From an uncultured Candidatus Saccharibacteria bacterium (lineage in GTDB: Bacteria > Patescibacteriota > Minisyncoccia > Phycocordibacterales > Phycocordibacteraceae): 64,000 bases of DNA. A program made the position numbers and the translations under genes. This document shows, one piece after another, positions 44,539 to 52,943 of the stretch. The DNA lies in NCBI GenBank assembly GCA_964652615.1, contig CAZZAT010000001.1, positions 284,337 to 348,336 of the forward strand, written 5' to 3'. Every line of letters begins with the position of its first letter. The stretch's first letter is position 1. Under the pieces are notes generated by a model. That model saw only the letters and a program-made list of their open reading frames with translations. It searched no databases and had not been told where the DNA came from.

Positions 44539-45468
44539 CTAGTACGAAAATTCACTCACTACCTTTCCTTCAGCATCAAGAAGGAGAACGGTCTCTCCGC
44601 TCTTCTGCCAGAGCTCGCTTCCTTGCCCCAAGAATAAGCGCCAAGTACGCCCTTCAAAATCACTATCATTTTCGTGCGCATCAACACAGCCGTTGTAATT
44701 CAGGTAGTCTTGGGCAAATGCTTCACAGGAAGCGGACGCACTTCCTGACGCTTCGCTTGCACAGTAGGGGATAGTGCGAAGATAGGCGAGACATCGCTCA
44801 TCCTCGTCGTCATAAAAGCGTTCGTATTCCTGGTACGCCGTAGGACAAGCTTGGGTAAGCGGGGGTCGAAAGTCCTGTCGCTCTTCAAAGTAGCCGGTAC
44901 ATTTATTTTCCTTAAAGGAAATGCCAATAGGAGAGCGACCCGAGACGATGATGGCAGTATCGCCTGCTTCAAAGGTGATGGGAGAGAGTACGTTTACTCT
45001 TCCTGATTGAGGCAGCTCTGCTGCTTGCGGAAACGGTACGCCTCGGCCTGTCTTTTTACTCACCAGCTTCCATCCTGCAGTTGGGACAGAACCGTAGGCA
45101 TTTAGGGTGAGGTACTCCTTATCCTCATCTGTTTCTTTTGCACCATACGGGTCAGGAACAAGCGATACGAGCGATGCGTTTCCTGAAGCTCCTGGCGCAT
45201 AAGTTCCGCCGGTGCCGCCTGAAGATATGTTTGCGCCAAAACCCCCAATACTTATGCCGGTAGAAAACCCAGCATAGCCGCTTGGGTCTCCGTACGCTTC
45301 TGCTGTCTGGCCTGGGCCTGAAATAGGACGCAGATACGGGCCTGCAAATGAGATGGGACGATTAGGGCCGCCGCCAGCAACCCAGATAACAAAGAAAAGA
45401 AGGAAGATACCGACAAAGAGAAAGAGATCGCCGCCAACGCCTCCGCCACCTTCAGATTTTTCCGCCAT
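44539..45468 (-). CDS. Membrane-anchored Gly-rich hypothetical protein with Cys-containing C-terminal domain
   Basis: N-terminal TM FLFVGIFLLFFVIWVAGGG; Gly-rich linker. Confidence 0.45.
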   Translation of the reverse strand: MAEKSEGGGGVGGDLFLFVGIFLLFFVIWVAGGGPNRPISFAGPYLRPISGPGQTAEAYGDPSGYAGFSTGISIGGFGANISSGGTGGTYAPGASGNASLVSLVPDPYGAKETDEDKEYLTLNAYGSVPTAGWKLVSKKTGRGVPFPQAAELPQSGRVNVLSPITFEAGDTAIIVSGRSPIGISFKENKCTGYFEERQDFRPPLTQACPTAYQEYERFYDDEDERCLAYLRTIPYCASEASGSASASCEAFAQDYLNYNGCVDAHENDSDFEGRTWRLFLGQGSELWQKSGETVLLLDAEGKVVSEFSY

Positions 45469-45475
45469 GTACTTT

Positions 45476-46732
45476 CTATGATACCAACTGCTTGAGCTCT
45501 TCTCGTACTACCTGTGCATCACTCCATGGTTCTTTTGTACCGTTTGCACGCATGATGAATGGATCGGTGCCTTTTCCGGTTATAAGAACAGACGAGTCGG
45601 GAGAGGCGGCGCGAAGTGCAGCGCGTATCGCTTCACGCCTATCCATGATGATAGTTGGCTTTCGTTTCATGCCGCGTGCCATTGCTTCAACAATGTCGTG
45701 CGGGTCCTCATCATAGGGATCTTCATCGGTTAGAAATACCTGTTCGCATTCTCTGTCTGCAATGTGTCCCATCTCTGGACGCTTCCAGGTGTCACGCCCG
45801 CCCCCCGTATTTCCAAGCACGCAAATCTTCTTTCCAGGATATGCGCCATAGAGCGCTTCGAGCGAATCAGGGGTATGCGCGTAATCGACAACCACCGTAA
45901 ACGGCTGACCCTCTTCGATGCGCTCTGTTCTTCCGGGGATGCGTTCAAGTGAAGCGAGCGCCGAAGCAATCTTCTCTAAAGGAACGCCCACAAACTCTGC
46001 AGCGTGTATAACTGCAAGTGCGTTCATGACCGAGAAGCTTCCAGGAAGATGGAGTGAGAACGAGACGCCTTTGTAGGTAAAAGACACGTGCCCTTTGGTG
46101 AGTACAAGGTTCTCGGCTTCTTGATAGGAGAAAGGATGCTTTTCTTCAAGAGGAAGTGCGAGATATGGGGCGCTTGCTGCATCATCGCTATTTGCAATGA
46201 TGGCGCGTGGACGCTTTCTCGAGTGGAGAAGCGATGTACCGATGCGGAACTTTGCGGCTGCGTACTTTTCATAAGAGCCATGCGATTCAATATGCTCTTT
46301 CTGAAGGTTCGTGAAGATGAGCGCATTCAGATCAAGAAATAGGTGTCGGTAGAGCTTCGTGCTTTCCGAAGTAATTTCAACAACCGCATGCGTACAGCCA
46401 GAACGCACCGCTTTCTGCAGGAAGCGCTGTATGAAGCCTCGTCCTGGGAGGGTCATCTTATAGAGGTTCGGTTCGCTCTTTTCGTTAATAGCAAAGCGTA
46501 TGGTGGAAGCGGCGCACACGGCATAGCCTGACTTGTGCAATACGCTGTAGAGCATATCTGAAACAGAAGACTTTCCCTTTGTGCCCGTAACGCCTATCAC
46601 TACAAGCTTACGCGATGGAAAGCCTGCGAGCACCGCCGAGAAGACAGCGAGAGCGTAGTGGTAGGGAAGCGTGAGCGCGTGATACACCGAGCGCGGAAGG
46701 AGCTTCTGGAGGAGAGAGCGGAGAGTACGCAT
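45476..46732 (-). CDS. murE: UDP-N-acetylmuramoyl-tripeptide ligase MurE (Mur ligase family)
   Basis: P-loop GVTGTKGKSS; DYAHTPDSLEAL signature. Confidence 0.8.
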   Translation of the reverse strand: MRTLRSLLQKLLPRSVYHALTLPYHYALAVFSAVLAGFPSRKLVVIGVTGTKGKSSVSDMLYSVLHKSGYAVCAASTIRFAINEKSEPNLYKMTLPGRGFIQRFLQKAVRSGCTHAVVEITSESTKLYRHLFLDLNALIFTNLQKEHIESHGSYEKYAAAKFRIGTSLLHSRKRPRAIIANSDDAASAPYLALPLEEKHPFSYQEAENLVLTKGHVSFTYKGVSFSLHLPGSFSVMNALAVIHAAEFVGVPLEKIASALASLERIPGRTERIEEGQPFTVVVDYAHTPDSLEALYGAYPGKKICVLGNTGGGRDTWKRPEMGHIADRECEQVFLTDEDPYDEDPHDIVEAMARGMKRKPTIIMDRREAIRAALRAASPDSSVLITGKGTDPFIMRANGTKEPWSDAQVVREELKQLVS

Positions 46733-46738
46733 ACCAAA

Positions 46739-47299
46739 TTAAGCTTTCGCGGAGAGCGCCGCTTTCAGACGCGCATCCTTGCCTTCAACAGAGGAAGGAA
46801 TGGATGAGAGTGCGCTTCGCGCTTCGCGTTCTGTGTATCCAAGGGCGACGAGCGTATCGAAGACTTCCGCATCCTCTCCTTGTGTTCTTGTACCGCTACT
46901 ACCAAGCTTCTCTGAAATTTCGACAACAAGCTTCTCGGCTGCTTTCTTTCCAAGACCCACTACGCGAGTGAGATAGGAAACATCGCGTGCGCCAATTGCT
47001 TTTTCAAGTGCTTCGCGCGGAGCTCGCTTCAAGAGTGAGAGCGCAGTTTTAGGGCCAACGCCCGAAACAGAAAGAGAGAGTTCAAAAAAGCGCAGATCGG
47101 CAGGGTCTATAAATCCGTACAACTCCATACCGTCTTGCTTAACGGCAAGATGCGTTTGAAGGGAAATAGAGTCGCCAACAGCAAAAGCATCAGGAGAGGG
47201 CACAAAGACGAGTACGCCAAACCCTGCCACATCGACAACTACCCCCATGGGCTCTACCGAAAGGACGGTCCCCGCTATCGCTCGAATCATTCTCCCCAT
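46739..47299 (-). CDS. ruvA: Holliday junction DNA helicase RuvA
   Basis: MIRAIAGTV...; HhH motifs LSVSGVGPKTAL, VVGLGKKAAEKL; C-terminal domain III. Confidence 0.85.
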   Translation of the reverse strand: MGRMIRAIAGTVLSVEPMGVVVDVAGFGVLVFVPSPDAFAVGDSISLQTHLAVKQDGMELYGFIDPADLRFFELSLSVSGVGPKTALSLLKRAPREALEKAIGARDVSYLTRVVGLGKKAAEKLVVEISEKLGSSGTRTQGEDAEVFDTLVALGYTEREARSALSSIPSSVEGKDARLKAALSAKA

Positions 47300-47339
47300 T
47301 CTTGCATATCCGAGGGAAATGCCGTAGTGTTGCACTCAC

Positions 47340-47582
47340 ATGGCAATCACGACATCAGCAAAGAAGGCCCACCGCGCATCGCTTCGCAAGCGCGTTTTTA
47401 ACGTACGCCGCAAGCGTGCACTACATAGCGCAGTCAAGGATGCACGAAGCTCCATGAGCACCGAGTCGCTCGCAAAGGCATACCAGGCAATTGATAAGGC
47501 GGCAAAGCGCGGCGTTATCAAAAAGAACACTGCAGCGAGAAAGAAGTCGAGACTCGCGAAAGCAATTGCGAAGAAAGCGTAA
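47340..47582 (+). CDS. rpsT: 30S ribosomal protein S20
   Basis: MAITTSAKKAHRASLRKRVFN... Confidence 0.9.
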   Translation: MAITTSAKKAHRASLRKRVFNVRRKRALHSAVKDARSSMSTESLAKAYQAIDKAAKRGVIKKNTAARKKSRLAKAIAKKA

Positions 47583-47589
47583 CGATAGA

Positions 47590-47615
47590 AACCCCGCGAG
47601 AGCGGGGTTTCTTCG
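47590..47615 (+). terminator. Rho-independent terminator after rpsT
   Basis: ccccgc-gaga-gcgggg TTTCTT. Confidence 0.6.
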
Positions 47616-47623
47616 TATCAGGG

Positions 47624-47696
47624 TGCTTCCAGCAGGAATCGAACCTGCATTTTCTCCTTCGGAGGGAGATGTCCTATCCATTGAACGACAGAAGCG
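47624..47696 (-). tRNA. tRNA-Arg (anticodon CCG)
   Basis: Acceptor GCTTCTG/TGGAAGC, D-arm GTTCAATGGATAGGAC, anticodon stem-loop TCTCC-CTCCGAA-GGAGA, T-arm GCAGGTTCGATTCCTGC. Confidence 0.75.
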
Positions 47697-47760
47697 TTCA
47701 TCGCGTTATAGCATGCGGCGCCTTGCCAGTGTGCCTAAGGAACGCTACAGTCTGCGTACT

Positions 47761-47832
47761 GCTCTCGTCGTTCAATGGATAGGACGCTAGCTTGCGGAGC
47801 TGGTAATGTAGGTTCGATTCCTGCCGAGAGCA
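47761..47832 (+). tRNA. tRNA-Arg (anticodon GCG as read; may be ACG-like)
   Basis: Acceptor GCTCTCG/CGAGAGC, identical D-arm GTTCAATGGATAGGAC, anticodon loop TTGCGGA, T-arm GTAGGTTCGATTCCTGC. Confidence 0.7.
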
Positions 47833-47838
47833 CACGAT

Positions 47839-47869
47839 ACACAAAGCGCCCCAGAGGGGCGCTTTGTGT
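47839..47869. other. Long perfect hairpin (13-bp stem) between the tRNA-Arg gene and the convergent CDS
   Basis: acacaaagcgcccc-agag-ggggcgctttgtgt; no clear U-tract on either strand. Confidence 0.4.
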
Positions 47870-48342
47870 TAGAGACGAAAGAGTTCAACGACCCTATCAA
47901 TAGGAGATTCGTGATGGTTGCCTTCTTCAAGGTGGAGCGCAAGGTACTCGTATATTTCAACCGGATCATGCCCGATGATAGGTATGAGAAGGTGGGGAGT
48001 AAGGAAATGCTTTGTCTTTATGGAAAGAGATGGGGGGAGGGCTTCATCTGCGTACTCAAGAACAGAGAAGTGCAGCATGTTCTCAAATGGGTAGAAGTCA
48101 TTATCAACAGCAACGCCGTCTTCTAGAATCATGAAGCGGTGCGTGTGGGGCGCTTTTGCAGCAGCAGCAGCAATTGATACAGCGGCTGCAAAAATGACGA
48201 GTGCGAGGATAACATTCCCAAAGAGTATGGAAGAGATGCCAGCAGCGGTAGCAAAAATGCCGAGCGCCCAGTACCAGTCTGCGCTTTTTTCTTCGAAACG
48301 GTATTCACTGCCTTCCCACTCGTAAAGAGCTTTTCGAGCCAT
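47869..48342 (-). CDS. Hypothetical membrane protein
   Basis: Start moved to the internal ATG 48342 because the longer ORF overlaps tRNA-Ser; two TM helices. Confidence 0.4.
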   Translation of the reverse strand: MARKALYEWEGSEYRFEEKSADWYWALGIFATAAGISSILFGNVILALVIFAAAVSIAAAAAKAPHTHRFMILEDGVAVDNDFYPFENMLHFSVLEYADEALPPSLSIKTKHFLTPHLLIPIIGHDPVEIYEYLALHLEEGNHHESPIDRVVELFRL

Positions 48343-48368
48343 GCGGATATGATAGCACCACTTCTTAG

Positions 48369-48453
48369 CGGAGGAGGTGAGATTCGAACTCACGGTACCT
48401 TGCGGCACTCCTGTTTTCAAGACAGGTGCGATAGACCACTCTGCCACTCCTCC
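48369..48453 (-). tRNA. tRNA-Ser (anticodon UGA)
   Basis: Acceptor GGAGGAG/CTCCTCC, D-arm GGCAGAGTGGTCTATCGC, anticodon stem-loop CCTGT-CTTGAAA-ACAGG, long variable arm, T-arm GTGAGTTCGAATCTCAC. Confidence 0.8.
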
Positions 48454-48767
48454 TAGTTCTTCTTTGGCGCGTACGCCATGAGTTCACGCTTTACGTCTTT
48501 CAAGAAAGGAAAGACTGCTTCGCGTGAGCCATCTGCAGCTTTCTGAAACCACTTCAAATAGATGATTTCAAGAATGCCCGCTGTGTTTATAACAAGGAGT
48601 GCGACAAACCACCAGCGCTGCCCGTGACGGCTTGCATGCCAGAGTGCAATTGCTTTCCACGCGAACGTCCAGACGATAAGGGCGACAAAGAGTGTAGGAA
48701 ATATAATGCCAAGCCCCGCACCATGAAGCAGGGGACCGATAAGGGAATCGCCAGTAGCGTGCCACAT
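48453..48767 (-). CDS. Small membrane protein (start uncertain: 48767 or 48821)
   Basis: Two TM helices GLGIIFPTLFVALIVW and WWFVALLVINTAGILEIIYL; the longer ORF would overlap the ruvX start. Confidence 0.35.
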   Translation of the reverse strand: MWHATGDSLIGPLLHGAGLGIIFPTLFVALIVWTFAWKAIALWHASRHGQRWWFVALLVINTAGILEIIYLKWFQKAADGSREAVFPFLKDVKRELMAYAPKKN

Positions 48768-48812
48768 GCAGGACACGATACCACAAGCTTCTTTTGTTGG
48801 TAGTATGGGCGT

Positions 48813-49196
48813 ATGCGGCATCTCGGCATCGATTTTGGTACCAGAAAAGTAGGCCTTGCGCTCTCTGATGAAGCGGGAACGATGGGGTTTCCGCACGAGG
48901 TGTTGCCAAATAGCGAACGCCTTCTTGAAGAGGTGCGCACCCTCATACAAAACAAAGATGTAGGGTGTGTTGTTATCGGAGATTCGCGAAACGCGAAAGG
49001 AGAAGAAAACCCTATCGCAAAAGAGGCGCGTGCGTTTGGAGATGCGCTCTCTGCACAAGGCATTCGCGTTGTCTACGAAATGGAAGCGTTTTCAACGCAG
49101 GAAGCGCGTCGTGATGTGGAAGGAAACCGCACAAATACAGGAGCAGTGGACGCTTCTGCAGCTGCGCTTATACTAACGGCTTACCTTTCAAAATAA
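48813..49196 (+). CDS. ruvX: Putative pre-16S rRNA nuclease / Holliday junction resolvase-like YqgF (RuvX)
   Basis: MRHLGIDFGTRKVGLALSDE...VVIGDSRNAKGEENP... Confidence 0.8.
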   Translation: MRHLGIDFGTRKVGLALSDEAGTMGFPHEVLPNSERLLEEVRTLIQNKDVGCVVIGDSRNAKGEENPIAKEARAFGDALSAQGIRVVYEMEAFSTQEARRDVEGNRTNTGAVDASAAALILTAYLSK

Positions 49197-49198
49197 CT

Positions 49199-49525
49199 AT
49201 GGCAACTCTCGAAGACTTGGGAAAGATTGAGGTGCGAGTGGGCACCGTGCTTTCTGCCGAGCGCGTTCCAGAGACAGACAAACTCCTGCGCCTTATGGTT
49301 GACCTTGGAGAACCGGAGCCGCGCCAGATAGTGTCCGGTATTGCAGCGTATGTTGAAGATCCGCAAACGCTTGTCGGGCGCCAGCTTTCATTTGTTGCAA
49401 ATCTTGAACCGCGCACCATTAAAGGGCTTGAATCAAACGGCATGCTCTTTGCAACAGGACAGGGAGAGACGTTTGCATTTCTTGTTCCTGATAGAACAGT
49501 GCCTCCTGGAACAGGCGCGCACTAA
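49199..49525 (+). CDS. tRNA-binding domain protein (EMAP/Trbp111/CsaA-like)
   Basis: LGKIEVRVGTVLSAERVPETDKLLRLMVDLGEP...QIVSGIAAYV resembles an OB-fold tRNA-binding domain. Confidence 0.7.
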   Translation: MATLEDLGKIEVRVGTVLSAERVPETDKLLRLMVDLGEPEPRQIVSGIAAYVEDPQTLVGRQLSFVANLEPRTIKGLESNGMLFATGQGETFAFLVPDRTVPPGTGAH

Positions 49526-49557
49526 TTTGAAAGAGCGCGTGCGCTATACTACAGAGC

Positions 49558-50640
49558 ATGAACGCTCTTTCGAGGTTTCTGCGCGTTGAATTTGCACCGC
49601 CCTCCTATCTTTCTCTCCCTACCGCAGGCATTGATATTTCAACGAGCGGGATAAAGATAGCGTGCATTAAGGAACACATGCACGGTCTTGAACTCGCTTC
49701 ATTTGCTGAAGAGGCGCTTCCGTCGGGCGCCGTGGTTGGAGGAGAAATACGTGATCCGCATGCGGTTATCGAAGGAGTGCGCAAACTTGCGCACGAGCAC
49801 AACATACGTCTTGCAAATGTGGCGCTGCCTGAAGCGCGCGGCTATCTCTTTGAAGCTGAAGTTCCCGCAGGCACCAAGAACGAGCAGCGGGTTGCGGTTG
49901 AGCGCAAGCTCGATGAGTATGTGCCGCTTCCTTCAGGTGAAGTTATTTTTGATATTGCTCCTGTGGGGAAGTCAGATGCAGGTATGCGTGTGGTTGGTAC
50001 CGGCTATGCGCGCCGTGTCCTTGAAGAGACGCTTGCAGTTATGGACGATGCACACGTTCAGGTGCGCGCCGTTGAAAGCGAAACCTTTGCGCTTCCAAGA
50101 GCACTCTTACCGCACGACAATAAGGAAACCGCACTTATTATCGATATTGGGAAAACCACGACAAAGCTTCTCGTTGTTACAAACCGTCTCCCGCGGTATG
50201 TGACGACCCTTGATATTGGCGGACACGCACTCACACTTGCTGTCGTGAAGCATTTTGGCGTGTCAGAAGAAGAAGCAAAGCAGGTAAAAGCAGAGAAGGG
50301 CATAGCGCCAGGAGCAGGAAATGAAGAGTATCTTGCTTCCATGCTTTCAACAGTTTCAGTTATCCGTGATGAAATAGGGAAGCGTCTCGACTACTGGCAA
50401 TCAAGATCTGGACAGGTCGATGCGGTGACACGGGCTGTGTTGGTTGGAGGAAACGCAACGGTGCTTGGCCTTCCTGAATATCTTGAGGCAGCACTTAAGG
50501 TGCCGGTGGCGCTTGGCGATGTGTTTGCGAACTTCGCATCAAGAAATGTCTGGCTCCCGCCCCTTGAGTATCAGGAGTCGCTTGCTTACGGCACAGCGAT
50601 AGGTCTGGCGCTCCGCGAGCAAGCAGCAGTATCTCTATGA
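49558..50640 (+). CDS. pilM: Type IV pilus assembly protein PilM (actin-like ATPase)
   Basis: ...GIDISTSGIKIACIK...DIGKTTTKLLVV...LVGGNATVLGLPEYL; precedes pilN/pilO. Confidence 0.8.
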   Translation: MNALSRFLRVEFAPPSYLSLPTAGIDISTSGIKIACIKEHMHGLELASFAEEALPSGAVVGGEIRDPHAVIEGVRKLAHEHNIRLANVALPEARGYLFEAEVPAGTKNEQRVAVERKLDEYVPLPSGEVIFDIAPVGKSDAGMRVVGTGYARRVLEETLAVMDDAHVQVRAVESETFALPRALLPHDNKETALIIDIGKTTTKLLVVTNRLPRYVTTLDIGGHALTLAVVKHFGVSEEEAKQVKAEKGIAPGAGNEEYLASMLSTVSVIRDEIGKRLDYWQSRSGQVDAVTRAVLVGGNATVLGLPEYLEAALKVPVALGDVFANFASRNVWLPPLEYQESLAYGTAIGLALREQAAVSL

Positions 50641-51188
50641 GTCTCACCAACCTTCTTTCTTTTGAGCGGCGCAAAGAACTTACCCACGAGTATCTTCTTC
50701 GGCTCGGTGCCGTGTGTTGTATGCTCGGCGCACTTCTCGTGCTTATTCATGGAGCGCTTCTTCTGCCAACCTACCTCTATCTTTCCGAAGAGGTGAAAAC
50801 GCAGCGTGCGCACCTTGAAGGTATTGCTTCTTCACTTCAAACATCTGAAGGTAAGCAACTTAGTGAGCGCCTTACGACGCTATCAAAAAATGCAGAAGCG
50901 CTTGTTGCGCTTGCGTCAGGTCCTTCTGCTTCAGAAGCGGTGCGCAGCGTGCTTGCTGTTTCGCATACGGGAGTGCGGCTTGGAGAAATTGCCCTTACCT
51001 TGCCTGAAACGGGAGAAGGGCAGATGCGCATTTCAGGCATAGCCTCAACACGCGAATCGCTTCGTTCATACCATAACGCTCTCAAAGAGCTTCCTTCCGT
51101 TTCAAAAGCAGAGCTGCCACTTTCGGTGTACGCCGAAGAGAGCGATCTTCTCTTTTCCATAACCCTTACGGGCTCCTTCGCGCCATGA
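50637..51188 (+). CDS. pilN: Type IV pilus assembly protein PilN
   Basis: Single N-terminal TM then periplasmic coiled coil; overlapping start with pilM. Confidence 0.6.
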   Translation: MSLTNLLSFERRKELTHEYLLRLGAVCCMLGALLVLIHGALLLPTYLYLSEEVKTQRAHLEGIASSLQTSEGKQLSERLTTLSKNAEALVALASGPSASEAVRSVLAVSHTGVRLGEIALTLPETGEGQMRISGIASTRESLRSYHNALKELPSVSKAELPLSVYAEESDLLFSITLTGSFAP

Positions 51189-51694
51189 AAACACCCGCTC
51201 TTACCCATCTCATCGTAGCCGCACTAGTATTTCTTGTGTTGGTGGGTGCGTATGTCTATGCGTTTTTTGAAACGCAACGCCTTGAGCGCGACGTACTGAC
51301 GCTTTCAGCGGATATTGCTGCAAAAACGAACGAGCATCAGGAGGCAGGATCGGTACGTACTGCGCTTGCTGAAGTTGAAGCACAAGAAGCAAAGCTTGAA
51401 AGCCATCTTGTGCCTGCTTCAGACATTGTGCCGTTTCTTGAGAGCGTGGAAGCTCTCGGGAGCGAGTTTGGCGCACGCGTTTCGGTACTTTCGGTAAGTG
51501 ATCCTGCAGAAGATGGGAAGATAGCATTGTCGCTTTCAGTTGAAGGCTCTTTTGATGCGGTGATGCGCACCGTTGGCGTTCTTGAAAACAGCACGCGTGC
51601 AAGCGTGATACGTTCGCTTACTCTTGATGCGGCAGATGACGGCATGTGGAGTGCTGCCGTCTCCGCGTTTTCACTTGCCCCACTTTCACCATGA
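51185..51694 (+). CDS. pilO: Type IV pilus assembly protein PilO-like
   Basis: N-terminal TM plus coiled coil; operon position. Confidence 0.55.
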   Translation: MKTPALTHLIVAALVFLVLVGAYVYAFFETQRLERDVLTLSADIAAKTNEHQEAGSVRTALAEVEAQEAKLESHLVPASDIVPFLESVEALGSEFGARVSVLSVSDPAEDGKIALSLSVEGSFDAVMRTVGVLENSTRASVIRSLTLDAADDGMWSAAVSAFSLAPLSP

Positions 51695-52002
51695 CGCTTC
51701 CTCCGTATCTACAGAAATATATAAAGCTGCTGCGGCGCGAGTCTAAAGGCGATGCGCTTAATCCGCACCGCGACTGGCATAGTGCGGTTGTGTTGTTTCT
51801 CGTCTTCTTTGTTGCAAGCGTTATATGGAATGTGTGGCTTTTCTCTGAAGCTCTTTCAGGGAAGGAAGGCCTTATCACCTCTACCCCTGAAGAAGCAGCG
51901 GACACAAGCTTCTTGGAGCAGGCAGACCTTCTGTTTGAAGAGCGAGAAAGCGAAGCAGGACGGTATCGTAGCGAGTATCGATTCGTTGACCCATCGCGCT
52001 AG
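51691..52002 (+). CDS. Small membrane protein (PilP-position hypothetical)
   Basis: Start at the ATG overlapping the pilO stop; one TM helix. Confidence 0.35.
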   Translation: MTLPPYLQKYIKLLRRESKGDALNPHRDWHSAVVLFLVFFVASVIWNVWLFSEALSGKEGLITSTPEEAADTSFLEQADLLFEERESEAGRYRSEYRFVDPSR

Positions 52003-52020
52003 TGCCTATACGCTTAGAGA

Positions 52021-52092
52021 GCCCCCATAGCTCAATGGATAGAGCAGCGGACTTCTAAGCCGTTGATGTTGGTTCGATTCCAGCTGGGGGCA
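52021..52092 (+). tRNA. tRNA-Arg (anticodon UCU)
   Basis: Acceptor GCCCCCA/TGGGGGC, D-arm GCTCAATGGATAGAGC, anticodon loop CTTCTAA, T-arm GTTGGTTCGATTCCAGC. Confidence 0.8.
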
Positions 52093-52165
52093 CAGACTAG
52101 TGCTAATTCAAGAGACTAAGATGGGTTATTGGAAACCAATACCTTCACGAAGGTATACTTGAGAT

Positions 52166-52888
52166 ATGAAAGATAGCAACGCAGAAAAACCAAAACCTAA
52201 ACCAGAGGCCGATTATTCATTTGATCCAATTTCTGCGTCTGCTAATCAATGGAGGACATATTTACTCAACGTAAAGAACTTTGAAAAAGATTTTACTCGA
52301 GGTGAATATCCGTTCGAGACACCAGCAAGCACTATTCTTAACAAGGTTCGCGAAGCTGGGACCCCTCGGTCTGCTATTGAGACTGCCGTTCAAGTAGTTC
52401 TAGACAACTGGGAAGAGATTGTCGGACAGGAGGTGGCCTTATTCTCAAGAGAGATTGATCCGGTCGAATTTGTCGCATCTCTTGCAGATGAAGCATCAAT
52501 TGGTGTGGTCCAAAGACTCTGGACTGACGTACCAAGAGACTCGGAACTGACGCAAAAAGGATTACGTCAGGCCCTCAAAGGACTTGGCGTAAATGTGCCT
52601 GTAGATCAAAAAGGCTTAGAAAAGCTATATACCGAACAGTTCGATACATATAGTTTTACCGCACTAGAGGTAATGCTTAAACGTGGCGAAGTAAATCGTG
52701 CGGCCGCGCTATTTGAAGAACATGTAGGCCAGTATCCAAAAGGGAACGACCCAGTAATGCTTGATTGTTTAGTATCGTTAGGTCTTCCAGCAGAATCTGC
52801 TAAGAAGTGGCTTGATCAGAGCGCTAATACGGGAACAGGATACGAACCTTGGTATAACCAAGCGTTAGAACGATGGGGCTATAAGTAA
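52166..52888 (+). CDS. Hypothetical protein (low-GC islet)
   Basis: 240 aa; A/T-rich codon usage distinct from neighbouring genes. Confidence 0.45.
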   Translation: MKDSNAEKPKPKPEADYSFDPISASANQWRTYLLNVKNFEKDFTRGEYPFETPASTILNKVREAGTPRSAIETAVQVVLDNWEEIVGQEVALFSREIDPVEFVASLADEASIGVVQRLWTDVPRDSELTQKGLRQALKGLGVNVPVDQKGLEKLYTEQFDTYSFTALEVMLKRGEVNRAAALFEEHVGQYPKGNDPVMLDCLVSLGLPAESAKKWLDQSANTGTGYEPWYNQALERWGYK

Positions 52889-52943
52889 GAATAATAACTA
52901 GACCAAGACGCCTCATTCCAATCTCTGAATCCGTCAAAAATCT

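Noticed and set aside
47869-48447. 192-aa version of the membrane-protein ORF and the 201-aa ORF 48453-49058
   Set aside because: Their N-termini run through tRNA-Ser and the ruvX start respectively, so shorter internal starts were chosen.
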